Shown here: piece by piece, positions 28,701 to 38,962 of the stretch | Layout: each line of letters starts with the position of its first letter | Numbering within the stretch: the stretch's first letter is position 1 | Origin: Chlorobiota bacterium | GTDB lineage: Bacteria; Bacteroidota; Ignavibacteria; Kapaibacteriales; NICIL-2 | Assembly (NCBI GenBank): GCA_044228285.1 | Contig: JBGAVD010000002.1 | Location: 225,653-289,652, forward strand | Direction: 5' to 3' | DNA: 64,000 nucleotides | Program-made: the position numbers and the translations under genes | Notes under the pieces: generated by a model | Seen by the model: only the letters and a program-made list of their open reading frames with translations | Databases searched by the model: none | What the model was told of the DNA's origin: nothing

Positions 28701-30161
28701 TCACTTCTGAATGAAGGATATCAGATCGTCATAGTGCTTAACAATGCCAGCATACGAAGCCGAGTCAAGATTCGCCAGGTCTTTACGGAACAGCAGAAGT
28801 TCCTTTTCAAAGCGACTATACTTTTCCTTGCTTGCAACAGAGTTTAAGAATCGGAGTACAGCTTTCTCGAAAGTTCCAAGGTCTGTGTCTTGAGAGAGGC
28901 TTCGTTGAAAAGCTCTGATTCTAGAAAGTACGAGAGTAGTGTTCTGGAGCTTCCAGTGTAGTAAGATTTCAAGGAGACGAGCGTGGCGTAGTGTTGCCAC
29001 GAAGTTTTGCGACTCCGGATCCGAAAAAAGTCTACAGAGCCACTCAATGCTCTGTGATGTTTTTCCAAGTTTGAAGTATCCTAGGGCAATATTGAACATA
29101 AGGTCCATGCGGCGTACAGTACTAATTTCCTGAATGCGATCCTGATTCTTCTGAACGTATTGGACTGAATCATCAAGGTGTTTGTAGTCTCCTGTCAGAG
29201 CGATTCGATGGAACATCTCAATCAAATGCAATTCAAAACGGACATTCTCTCCACAGCTGCTACTCTCCAGTGCAGAGCGGAGTTGTTGTGCTGCTTGTTC
29301 ATAGAAGCCAATGTCTCCCGTACGATAGGCGAAGGAGAAGGCGTTTTGCAGAATTCTAGAGAAAGACTCAGAGCGAATGCTGCGGTATAGCAGAGGTTGC
29401 TTGCTGTACTCATGAATGAACTGAGCTAAGACGTGAAAAGCCCTCTGAGGCTGATTCTGCATGTAGTAACAAATTGCTTGTGTTGAGCACAATCGTCTGC
29501 GTGTATCCATCAAGAGCTCTTGATCTTGGTATTGATCTAAGTCCTCTAAGAAGCTCTGTATGCTCTGCAACTGTTGAGCATTGGGACGCACACTACACAC
29601 AAGCTCGAGCTCAATCACTGCATAATGAATGTTATACACGTGCACGTCGTGTTTTAAGAGATCAAGATAGTGGTCATAGAGAACATTGAGTGGACGGATG
29701 ATCTCCCAGTGCCCAGATTGAATTTGCATTTCAAGAGCTAGTACCTCGAGTAGCGCTAAGATGCTTTCAGACTCAATGCATTTCTTTTTCAGTTTAGCAA
29801 GTTTGCTTTTCGCTAGGCTCGTAAGATGTTTGCGGAGTAAGAAGTGTATCGCAGCCAATTCAGAGAGTAACTGTTCCTGGAACTGCCCACCACCTTTAGC
29901 AAACTGCATCATAGAGTCGAGAATGTTATCTATGAGGTAGGCTTTGGTTTTCGAGTAATACTTCGAGCAAAGATCGCCAGGAACCTGTGCAATGAGTGCT
30001 TCTTTGTCAAAGTCTTTCATCTGTGCAAGACAGTCGAAGACTTGCATGTACTTTCCAACATCGGCGTTTGCTGTCTTCGAAAAATTCAGCTTAAAGTAAC
30101 GTCGTTCTGTCTTTGTTAGGGAGTGGATGAGACTGAATAGCTCATCGTGTTGAGTCAACAT
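28701..30161 (-). CDS. Hypothetical all-alpha cytoplasmic protein (possible regulator)
   Basis: 486-aa ORF, helical and Leu-rich with no signal peptide; no family recognised. Confidence 0.45.
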   Translation of the reverse strand: MLTQHDELFSLIHSLTKTERRYFKLNFSKTANADVGKYMQVFDCLAQMKDFDKEALIAQVPGDLCSKYYSKTKAYLIDNILDSMMQFAKGGGQFQEQLLSELAAIHFLLRKHLTSLAKSKLAKLKKKCIESESILALLEVLALEMQIQSGHWEIIRPLNVLYDHYLDLLKHDVHVYNIHYAVIELELVCSVRPNAQQLQSIQSFLEDLDQYQDQELLMDTRRRLCSTQAICYYMQNQPQRAFHVLAQFIHEYSKQPLLYRSIRSESFSRILQNAFSFAYRTGDIGFYEQAAQQLRSALESSSCGENVRFELHLIEMFHRIALTGDYKHLDDSVQYVQKNQDRIQEISTVRRMDLMFNIALGYFKLGKTSQSIEWLCRLFSDPESQNFVATLRHARLLEILLHWKLQNTTLVLSRIRAFQRSLSQDTDLGTFEKAVLRFLNSVASKEKYSRFEKELLLFRKDLANLDSASYAGIVKHYDDLISFIQK

Positions 30162-30749
30162 ATCAAACGCAATCTCTTTTGTGTAGCCTTCATCGCAGTT
30201 CTACAAACAATGTTCGGGCAGGTTTATCGATGAAAAAACCGGTTGAACCGCAAAGTGTACGTGTTAATATCTAAGCCCACAATCCTGCCCCTATTCGAAA
30301 ATTACGACAGATTTGAGAGATCAATGAGCTGAGTAGTACACCCAATACAATGAACGGTGCAAATGTTTGCATGAGGTCGATAGAAACCCAAGCTGTAGAA
30401 ACATCGATTGCAAATGCTAAACTCGGAGAATGGTGCGAGCTCTTAGATGTGGATGAGAGCTGGCGTTCAACAAGAGTATGTCGATTTCTATGAATGTATT
30501 CTGAGACTCAGTTGTCCTCTATCAAGCTCCGGAATCTTTGTGAAACTCGGTTTGCCCGAAGGATAGACTAGGTAAGTGGATTCAAGAAAAGAGGCCAAAA
30601 ATGCTAAAAAACGAGGATAGTATATGAAAAAGTGATGGTTAGGATAGGGAATCTAGGACCAATCTTGTCATTGAAGTCGCCTTGCGGCTGATTCTATATT
30701 TGCGTCTACTGTCCAAAATGTAGCGTTCAACTAATCACCGAGGTACTTT

Positions 30750-31925
30750 ATGACCAGAAATATACCCTTTTTGTTTTGCCTTTGCCTCGTTCTTCTGCCA
30801 CTGACTTCAGAGCTAAAAGCCCAGAAAATCACAGCTCGAGTTCAGGTTGAAGGACGAATGCGCGAGTTCATTGTCGTTAGACCCAGTGGTGCTGCCCCAG
30901 CAGGAGGCTTCCCAATGGTATTCATGCTTCACGGTACTGGAGGGGATGGCGAGAAGTTTTACGATATCTCTGGTTGGGTAGAACGCGGCGAGAAAGACAA
31001 GATCGTGGTTGTGTTCCCATCATCATTGACCTGGTGCGTTGTGAGTGAGGAGACTTCGCAGCCACACCAAACGACAAAGTGGGTGAATGGGGACTTGTTG
31101 GATCAGTTTTGCGGTAAGACCAGTGAACTGATATCCGAGGAGCTGTTCTTTCGAAAAATGGTTGATACGATCACCAGCGTTTTGCCTATCGACAAAAAGC
31201 GAATATACCTCGCAGGATTCTCGAATGGAGGATGCATGACTCATAAACTCTTGGTTCAAGCGAGTGACATTTTTGCTGCCTATGGAGCACAAGCGGGATC
31301 ATACAATGTGCTTGATACGGGTAGACTTCGTAGAAAAGTACCAATGATGTTTGCTGTAGGCACACTCGACACTAAGTACATTGACAAAATGGGCATCTCC
31401 GAGATTCCCTTTAACGATAGCTGTTTACGTTATTTCGGCAACCCAATCAAACGCTCTCTGAGTTCGCTCGACCTTACTGAAGACTACACTGTGTATGCTA
31501 ATGACAAAACGCGCAGCTACGTTTTTAACACTCCGATTCCGGGAGCGGAACCCGTTACTTTTATCTTCACGCTCATCAAAGGCGCTCAACACGTCTATCC
31601 CAATGGAAAGCTGCATGAGCTAATGATGGCGGACATTCACTGGGAGTTTTTCAAGACACTTAGACTTCCTGCTTCGCTTGCAACAAGCGTTGAGGAGGAG
31701 CAACTACAGAATCCATTCGTATATCCAAATCCTGCAAGCGACTACATTACAGTTGGAGAACTACCTGTTCACGCACAAACAGTGAGCGTTCTCAACGCTC
31801 TCGGACAAATCGTCCTTCAGCTTCCAAACAAGGATGCAACCACTCTAGATGTTCGGTCTTTAGAGAATGGCTGGTATACTCTTATAGCGGGGACACAAAG
31901 GCGCTGTTTCCTTGTTGCTCGATAG
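30750..31925 (+). CDS. Alpha/beta-hydrolase esterase (PHB depolymerase / LpqC-like) with T9SS C-terminal sorting domain
   Basis: Signal peptide; HGTGGDG oxyanion region and GFSNGG nucleophile elbow (G-x-S-x-G); the C-terminal VYPNPASDYITVGEL... is a T9SS C-terminal domain. Confidence 0.7.
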   Translation: MTRNIPFLFCLCLVLLPLTSELKAQKITARVQVEGRMREFIVVRPSGAAPAGGFPMVFMLHGTGGDGEKFYDISGWVERGEKDKIVVVFPSSLTWCVVSEETSQPHQTTKWVNGDLLDQFCGKTSELISEELFFRKMVDTITSVLPIDKKRIYLAGFSNGGCMTHKLLVQASDIFAAYGAQAGSYNVLDTGRLRRKVPMMFAVGTLDTKYIDKMGISEIPFNDSCLRYFGNPIKRSLSSLDLTEDYTVYANDKTRSYVFNTPIPGAEPVTFIFTLIKGAQHVYPNGKLHELMMADIHWEFFKTLRLPASLATSVEEEQLQNPFVYPNPASDYITVGELPVHAQTVSVLNALGQIVLQLPNKDATTLDVRSLENGWYTLIAGTQRRCFLVAR

Positions 31926-32420
31926 CACATGTACACGTAGCGCAGACTTCAACCTCTGGTAGATGCTTCTTTGCAGTACATTCTTGGATTGGTACGAGCT
32001 ATAAGCACACCTTGCTTGGACAGCACTTCGCAACCGACTCACAGCAAGTTCTAGTCAATGTAGTCCGGGAACCAGACGAATACGATCACATTCATCGTTG
32101 AGCCCAGTCTCTTGCGTTCCAATGCGCCAGAGTACTGGGCTCATTCGTTCTGTGAAAGGGAGTATATCTGTTCGTTGCTAACATAAATACACTACGTGAA
32201 CAGAAGTCATTGTTCGTACTCAGAACAGAGGCCGCCAGGCGTTCTGTCGTGGTCTTGAAGAGCAGAGCGAATGCACTGATGTGCTACCAAAGGTCGCTAT
32301 GTATGCCATTTCAGATCTTCTAAGAGAGTCAAAGATTCGTCATCCGTCGAAAGAATGCCAACTGATGATAGGGAGATCTGTGTATACGAAGAATCCATAG
32401 CCGGCCGATATGTCATTAGA

Positions 32421-35381
32421 CTACTCTTTCAAAAAGCTCTTCGTTGCAACAACCTTCTGACCTGTATCTAACAGGATCAGAGAGTAGCGACCTGGCGCAA
32501 GTGAGGCTACATTTAACTGGACGCTTGTGCCGAGCGTAGTCATATCCGCAATGCTGCGTAGCTCTATTGCACCTTTTAGGTTACAGATGACAATTGTGTA
32601 TTTACCTGAGTGTGAGGGGTCTACCCGAAGGTTGATGTTGTCGCTCACTGGGTTAGGATAGCACTGAAGCCAGGCGATATCGTCAGACTCCGTCTCTACC
32701 TGAACGGCGCTCTCACTGACCCGTGTTGAATCGTCAACGATACCATCGAGATTCGAGTCGATACCAATAGTTACACTCGAGGATGAGCTCCCCGATGAGT
32801 ATGGTTCAATGATATGCGAGCTCCTCGGTGAAAGTGCGATCTTCTTTTGGCTATAGTGTTTGATCTCGTTTGGATACAAGACGTACATGTTGAGGTCATA
32901 ACTCAATGAGCCTTCTTTGGGGTGTGTGATCTGGTAGCAATAGTCGCGTGGCGAAGTGGTGACAAGTGAGTCATTGGCAGCCATGACAAAAGATGAAGCC
33001 GAAACATGCATTGCCTTGTTTGCATCGCCTTTACTTTGGGTGAAAGCACAACTAATGGTCTTCGCGATGTTCTCTGGATTGCCATAGCAGATTGTTCGCT
33101 TTGAGAGTGAGCCGTTGTCATGCTGGTCCAGCTGTGCTTTTCTACTTATGGACATCGACATATTGTCGATGGTTTGGATTACACGCATTTGAAGATCAGC
33201 GTACTTTGAGAGCGAGAATGCTAGACTAGCTGACGTGTCGATCATGAAGTTCAGCGGAAGGTATGCTTTTACACCGCTCGTTTTTACATCAATGAGGTCT
33301 GCGATGCCATTAGTGTACAGCTTACCATTGCGGGAACAGATCTCTGCTGCTTTTCGCAGAGTATAGTCTGATTTTCTGCTAAATGAAAACCGATAGCGCT
33401 TTTGTTTTGTGACTGCAGCAATTTCATGTCCGTGACCTTGCGAAGAAGTTTTCTGCGGGAACGTAAAGGGAGTACTGAAGAGTTCCGTGTAGGTGGGTCG
33501 ATCGAAATGAATGATACTGAGATTATTTTTTGGTGAGTAGAGACCTGTGTTTACCAACGCATTCTTGTCAGAGCGGACTTGAATGAACTCGCCAGGCGAA
33601 TCGGCAAAGTTAGGATCGTAAATGATGATCGTATCTGCTTCCATCTGCAAAGTAACTGGGTTCTTGAAAGGTAGCTTCTTAGGCGTGTGTATGTGATGCG
33701 GGAAAACGGCGTGTCCCCATAGAGAACCGTCCTCGTATCCGAGAACTCCAATGGTGCGGATGTTAACTTTCTGAAGTGTGTCGAGCATATATGTTTTCGT
33801 CCTGTACAGACCATACCACTGCGGGATTCGAAAACTTGTTGTGAGAAAGTACTTTTCATGGAGGATGTCATTGTGTTGTCTGAACTGCGCACGAACAATA
33901 GCGCGTTTAGAAAGTGAATCCATGTTCGTGAAGCTGAAGAGATTGGCATTTCTTGGAATATTGAACCAATCATGCAGTAGATCAGGATTTACATAGTGCA
34001 ACAAGCTGAGCGAGGTAAAGCCAAAGCAGTCGCCGTAAAAGTACTCTGTCGAATCTTCGGGTGTGTCGATCCATGTAAGCCATTCCTCGAAGTACATCTT
34101 CTTAAGGATCTTTTTGTAGTAGTCCTTGTCTGCCATACTCCCCATGAGCGTGAAGTTGTTATCAGCTTCAATACAGTAGCTCTTCCAATCCAAGTGACTT
34201 CTGTTTGATATTGAGTCCAAACTAAATGTTGCTTTCATTTCCGAGTCGAGTAGAGGTTTACCGTCATTGAGATAAGTGTCATAACGGTTGTAGTCGATAT
34301 AGGTATCACAGAAGTCTTTGTTCCAGTGAGCAAACTGGTTTCCTGGCTCAGCACTTTCGGTGTTCTCAAAGGAAAATGTATGATGTTTATAACCACCGTC
34401 CTCATAGAAGCCCTTGTATCCATATCGCTCTTGTCCTGGTCGATAAATGAAGCCTTTCCAAGTTTTGGTGTTTGGATCTAGGAATTGTCCAACTACGTGT
34501 CCTTTGTCATTTATCCCATTCGCAACCGACGCAATATTCTTCGAGTGAAATATGTACTCGAGAGAAGTTGTTTGCAGTGTGGAGCCTTGTACTTCACCAA
34601 CAAAGGCCATGTACACCCCGTTAGAAAGTTGTGTTTCTCCAACAAGCACCTGGGCATTGTTCATGTCCCACACTTTTGTCTTCGATGGGGCGATTAGCTT
34701 CTTGTAGCTATCTGTGTTTGCATTGTAGATGAAGGGATAGAAGTTGGGGGAGTTGTTGTAGAATCCTGCGATGACATTGTTTGTGTCCATTCCGCAACCC
34801 CAGGTATTGTACCAAGTAGAACCTTCCATGTATCTGCTCGCCTGCCATGCAGGTTTGCCGGGCGGGACAATGCTGTCGTGGAGTATAAACAGCCATCGAC
34901 TATTCTGACCTTGATACCAGCCACTTATGTCATTCCGATTGTTAATCTTTAGTGCATTCACTGTCTTCATCGTAATCCCTTCGACTTTTACGAGGGCAGA
35001 CATTTGTTCATCGCCCATGTATACCTTCCACAGCGTTGTCTCACCAGCACTCTGGGAGCTAACGAGAGCAACATCACGATCATTGATCGATACCACTTTG
35101 TTGTCGGTACTGCCTGTCACCGACACATCAATATCAAAATGAACACCCTTGCGAGTAACCACATACCCAACATTCTCTTTGAGTGAGTTCGTGTAGTATC
35201 CGCAGAAATAGCCTCGATTGTTGATATCAAGAACATAGGTGTTATACTCTTGTATGCCATCTGCAGGACTCATGTCCACCTGTTCGAGAGTATAACTTGG
35301 TTGAGCAAGAGCAACGATGGAAGCACAGGTACAAACCATGAAGGTGCACAGGAACAGGTTGCGCAGTGATCGAGACAGCAT
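32421..35381 (-). CDS. Large secreted protein of unknown function with T9SS C-terminal sorting domain
   Basis: Signal peptide if the start is the ATG at 35381 (MLSRSLRNLFLCTFMVCTCASIVALAQ); ~985 aa; C-terminal LQCYPNPVSDNINLRV...GRYSLILLDTGQKVVATKSFLKE is a T9SS C-terminal domain. Confidence 0.6.
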   Translation of the reverse strand: MLSRSLRNLFLCTFMVCTCASIVALAQPSYTLEQVDMSPADGIQEYNTYVLDINNRGYFCGYYTNSLKENVGYVVTRKGVHFDIDVSVTGSTDNKVVSINDRDVALVSSQSAGETTLWKVYMGDEQMSALVKVEGITMKTVNALKINNRNDISGWYQGQNSRWLFILHDSIVPPGKPAWQASRYMEGSTWYNTWGCGMDTNNVIAGFYNNSPNFYPFIYNANTDSYKKLIAPSKTKVWDMNNAQVLVGETQLSNGVYMAFVGEVQGSTLQTTSLEYIFHSKNIASVANGINDKGHVVGQFLDPNTKTWKGFIYRPGQERYGYKGFYEDGGYKHHTFSFENTESAEPGNQFAHWNKDFCDTYIDYNRYDTYLNDGKPLLDSEMKATFSLDSISNRSHLDWKSYCIEADNNFTLMGSMADKDYYKKILKKMYFEEWLTWIDTPEDSTEYFYGDCFGFTSLSLLHYVNPDLLHDWFNIPRNANLFSFTNMDSLSKRAIVRAQFRQHNDILHEKYFLTTSFRIPQWYGLYRTKTYMLDTLQKVNIRTIGVLGYEDGSLWGHAVFPHHIHTPKKLPFKNPVTLQMEADTIIIYDPNFADSPGEFIQVRSDKNALVNTGLYSPKNNLSIIHFDRPTYTELFSTPFTFPQKTSSQGHGHEIAAVTKQKRYRFSFSRKSDYTLRKAAEICSRNGKLYTNGIADLIDVKTSGVKAYLPLNFMIDTSASLAFSLSKYADLQMRVIQTIDNMSMSISRKAQLDQHDNGSLSKRTICYGNPENIAKTISCAFTQSKGDANKAMHVSASSFVMAANDSLVTTSPRDYCYQITHPKEGSLSYDLNMYVLYPNEIKHYSQKKIALSPRSSHIIEPYSSGSSSSSVTIGIDSNLDGIVDDSTRVSESAVQVETESDDIAWLQCYPNPVSDNINLRVDPSHSGKYTIVICNLKGAIELRSIADMTTLGTSVQLNVASLAPGRYSLILLDTGQKVVATKSFLKE

Positions 35382-36732
35382 ATGGATGTAGAATATGTGA
35401 TTGGATGTGTCGTATGAATGATGCAGAGAGCATAGTGCTACTGTTGAAGACAATGTGCACGCACAGGTACTAGAACCCAAATGCCTAGAGTGGCAGTATG
35501 TGTGCACCACAATGAATGAGCTGCACACATGGCACGAACTCGCGGAACCTTGAGAAGTTTCTAGCGGGTCACTCTCATGCGTACGCCGAGTTTGTCTCGA
35601 GATAGTAGTGCAAAAAAGTTAGAGCCCCCTAACACAAGAATTTCGTTTGGTTTTCTAAGGCGTACTCATGTTCCCATTTTCACCGCAGTATTTGAAGAAA
35701 CCAGTATGTACCAACAACTTCTCAGGACTGATTATTCTCCAACCACGGCTTCGCCGTGTGGTACGTGCGGAGAGCAACGCCAGTTTCGTAGGTCTTCGTT
35801 AACTCACTTCACAACGCGTCTCAAAAGAGCGAATCATTGCGCTAAAGAAGAGCAGAGGCACGCGCTAATGTAGTCTTGCAACAGTTATTGACGCCTCGTC
35901 ATTGTCGTTCTAGACGTTCAAGGCTAGGCACGAAGACAACGACAAACTTAGTCTGAGCGTAATGCCAGCTCACTACGTATTTAGTACGTAGTGGCAAAGT
36001 TGTAGGGGGTAGTTACTTATGTCATCCAAAGAGTAGATTGTCTGATTCACTGCGCTCAAGCGCTTTGAATAGACATTCAAGAAGGATGCGTCGTTTTGTT
36101 CCACGGTTCAATGACAAGCCTGAAGCTGGCAATCAGAGAATCGCATACGATTACTGAACGTGAGATACTACGAGGCTGAACGAAGGAACAAAGGCCATTG
36201 CGCACAAGGATCAGCGATGCTGATTGTGGCAGACGGATTGAATCACAAGCTTTCGGGATAGCCACTCGCGATTCTCGAGCTCCAAGACCTTCGTTCAGTT
36301 TGAATCTTGACGAGAGAACCGTGGCTACAGTCTTCTATTTCAACAAAAGTGAAGGTCAGAACTTGCCATGAATGACTCGTGGCACCATTGATACAGCTGT
36401 AGCGAACTGTCATTGTAGACCGAGTTTCTAAGCGATAGGGTTAGAGAACGAATGGTGTCGTTATACAGTAATCTTCTGGAGTACAAACAAGATCAAAAAA
36501 TCTTGTTTACATCGCCCTTAACGAACATGCCAGCGTCTGACTGCGCGCAGATGCCAGAAGACCCCCAATTCGCTATTTTGCTTAAGCGACGATAGTCACA
36601 TGAGAGCAATGCGCTTTGCCATGAGCATGCAGGACCGTCTTGCAGCAGATTACATTGATCTGAGTCGATGGATTTTGTAGATTGTCGAGTACACCTAACC
36701 CAGAGAACTGTTACCAATAGAGGAGTAATCAC

Positions 36733-38175
36733 GTGGTGAATCATGTCCAGAGAATGTCGATCCTTGCAATATTGTTTCTTGTGAGTAGCACTGCCTACGC
36801 CCAACCGAAAAAGCCAGTGATTGATACCTTGAATGTCGGCTGGGGTTGGTTCGAGCTTTCTCTCTCAAACACAGACGCAGGTATACGGAACACTCAGTGG
36901 ATTGTGCTCGATGCAGGGGATACCGCGGTGTTTGACTCACGTCGAACATTGCCATGTATTTATGACAATTGTGAAATCATCAAAAGCTACAGCGCTGATA
37001 CGCGTGATCTTACGCATAAGCGAATTATCGGTTGTTCAGCTGGACAAACTCTACGCGCCAGAGCGCGGTACAATCTTGGGAATGATAACTGGTCAGAGTA
37101 TAGCAATACTATTGAGTTCCGATTACCAGACGAACCTGTGCGCACTGCAGATACGGTACGCGTGATTCTTTGGGGACAGTCGCACCTGCGCTGGGGCGAC
37201 GAATGCATGAAGGCGTGGCAGTTCATTTCTCCGTACGTGGATAACAATCGATACGCCGATGGTTATGAGTTATCCGAAAACTATGAGAATGACACGTACG
37301 GACATGCACTGCAAACTGAGTTGCGACGTATCATTCCTGGTGTACCTGTTGTCCTGTTGAACTACGGGAAATCAGGTTCCATGCTGGATTCAGGCTGGCT
37401 TCATCACAATACCTCCGATCCGATACTGAACGTCTCCAATATCACCATGTATGATCCAGGTCAGATGTTCGGTGATACGAAGAAGTTTCCCATCGCGGTC
37501 TTCTTTCACAGTAACAACGATGAGTATGCAATTAGCGCAACGCGCTACGCACAGGTTGTGGATTCCGCTATACATCGTCTGACAGATCTCGGTGTGAAAG
37601 TCGTGTTCAACTCTGTACACTACTCATCCCCGTTTCAAGATTGTTATGCCGGACATTCCGATTCCATTCAGCAAGAGTTCTTCGATGCCTGGGATAGGCA
37701 GCTCAACCAGGATGTGGCGAAGTATCCCGGAAAAGTATGGAAAGGCGCCGATCTCTTTCATCTGTTGAAGGCCGACACAGCACGCTTCTGGGCAGTGGAT
37801 GGTCAGCATCCGAATACTTCCGAAGGAGTCGATGCTATTGTCAGCTTGGTTGCACCTATCATTCGCAACGCAATACTTGCAACTACAGATGTATCGTCAA
37901 CAGATGACCCCAACATTGAGTTCTATACAACGAGCAACGATGGTACTGCTTCAAAGTTTCTAGAGTATAGAATCCCAGCTGGCATGAATGCTACACTTGA
38001 GCTGTATGATGTGAACGGAGCAGCTGTGTCGTCAATGCAAAGCAACTCAATGATCACAGGTTCAGGGCGTATTGATTTACAGCGCGAACATTTGAACACT
38101 GGTCTGTATTTCGGTGTTCTAAAGTGTGGAACGCACATGGTGGTGAAAAAGGTATTGGTTGTTGGGGCTAAGTGA
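36733..38175 (+). CDS. SGNH/GDSL-type hydrolase-like secreted protein with T9SS C-terminal sorting domain
   Basis: AGGAG 7 nt before GTG 36733 (alternative ATG at 36754); signal peptide; a DGQHP block V (DxxH) with carbohydrate-esterase-like composition; C-terminal ~75 aa look like a T9SS C-terminal domain. Confidence 0.5.
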   Translation: MVNHVQRMSILAILFLVSSTAYAQPKKPVIDTLNVGWGWFELSLSNTDAGIRNTQWIVLDAGDTAVFDSRRTLPCIYDNCEIIKSYSADTRDLTHKRIIGCSAGQTLRARARYNLGNDNWSEYSNTIEFRLPDEPVRTADTVRVILWGQSHLRWGDECMKAWQFISPYVDNNRYADGYELSENYENDTYGHALQTELRRIIPGVPVVLLNYGKSGSMLDSGWLHHNTSDPILNVSNITMYDPGQMFGDTKKFPIAVFFHSNNDEYAISATRYAQVVDSAIHRLTDLGVKVVFNSVHYSSPFQDCYAGHSDSIQQEFFDAWDRQLNQDVAKYPGKVWKGADLFHLLKADTARFWAVDGQHPNTSEGVDAIVSLVAPIIRNAILATTDVSSTDDPNIEFYTTSNDGTASKFLEYRIPAGMNATLELYDVNGAAVSSMQSNSMITGSGRIDLQREHLNTGLYFGVLKCGTHMVVKKVLVVGAK

Positions 38176-38962
38176 GGCTATGATGGTCTGACTCATGTCG
38201 GAGATCAGATCTACCGTGTATTTACGCACGTGTCGCAATGTCCTTTATTCGCATTGAAGCTAAACAACGATCGTGTTATGAGGATTGCGACGCGCTTTTC
38301 TGATAAGTTGCGCGATGAGAACTTGCGTCGTAGCACGATAGAGTGCTTTGCTTGATGAATTGTAAATTCCGACTGCTTTTTATGTGCGTGTTGGACGCGC
38401 CGCGGAAGACACGCCTTTGCCGAACCAAACTTTTTACTTCTGCGCAATTTGACTGTTTTGCGATGAATATGAGTGTGTCATTCGGTTCGGCCTTTCCAAG
38501 TTATCTACTAGAAGAGTAAATGATGAATGATGATGAGCATCCAGATTGGCTTCCTTATCATCCACGACTGAAGCACAACTTTGTCGTTGAGGTCTCTGCA
38601 ACTGCGCCAGCTCATCTGAACCCCGGAACGCAGGGATGGCTTGTTTCGTGGCTGGTGGCGAACAATGAATCAAGTTGTGAAAAGTATGGGGTCGATATTG
38701 GAACTTTTGTCTGTACAGTTGAGAAAATAGATGGATTTGACATTGTCGTTCCCGAACCGTACTTGATTTATCCCGATGACGAATCGGTTGTTAGTGTTAA
38801 GTGAAAACGCAAATCTATGCTTGTTTTATTACGGCTATGCGCTGTGAGACTCTATGCTTGGAACTCAACGGTTGTCGGTACCAGCACAGCATGGGAAGGA
38901 GTTCTAATGTATCAAAACACAAAACCCATTAGCTGTCTTTATTATCTGGAGATCCTTATAAA

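Noticed and set aside
35961-35990. Perfect 9-bp-stem hairpin cactacgta-tttag-tacgtagtg in the 32421/36733 divergent intergenic region
   Set aside because: It is isolated, has no U-tract, and its position is not consistent with a terminator for either flanking gene (both diverge from it). It is noted only as a possible protein-binding palindrome.
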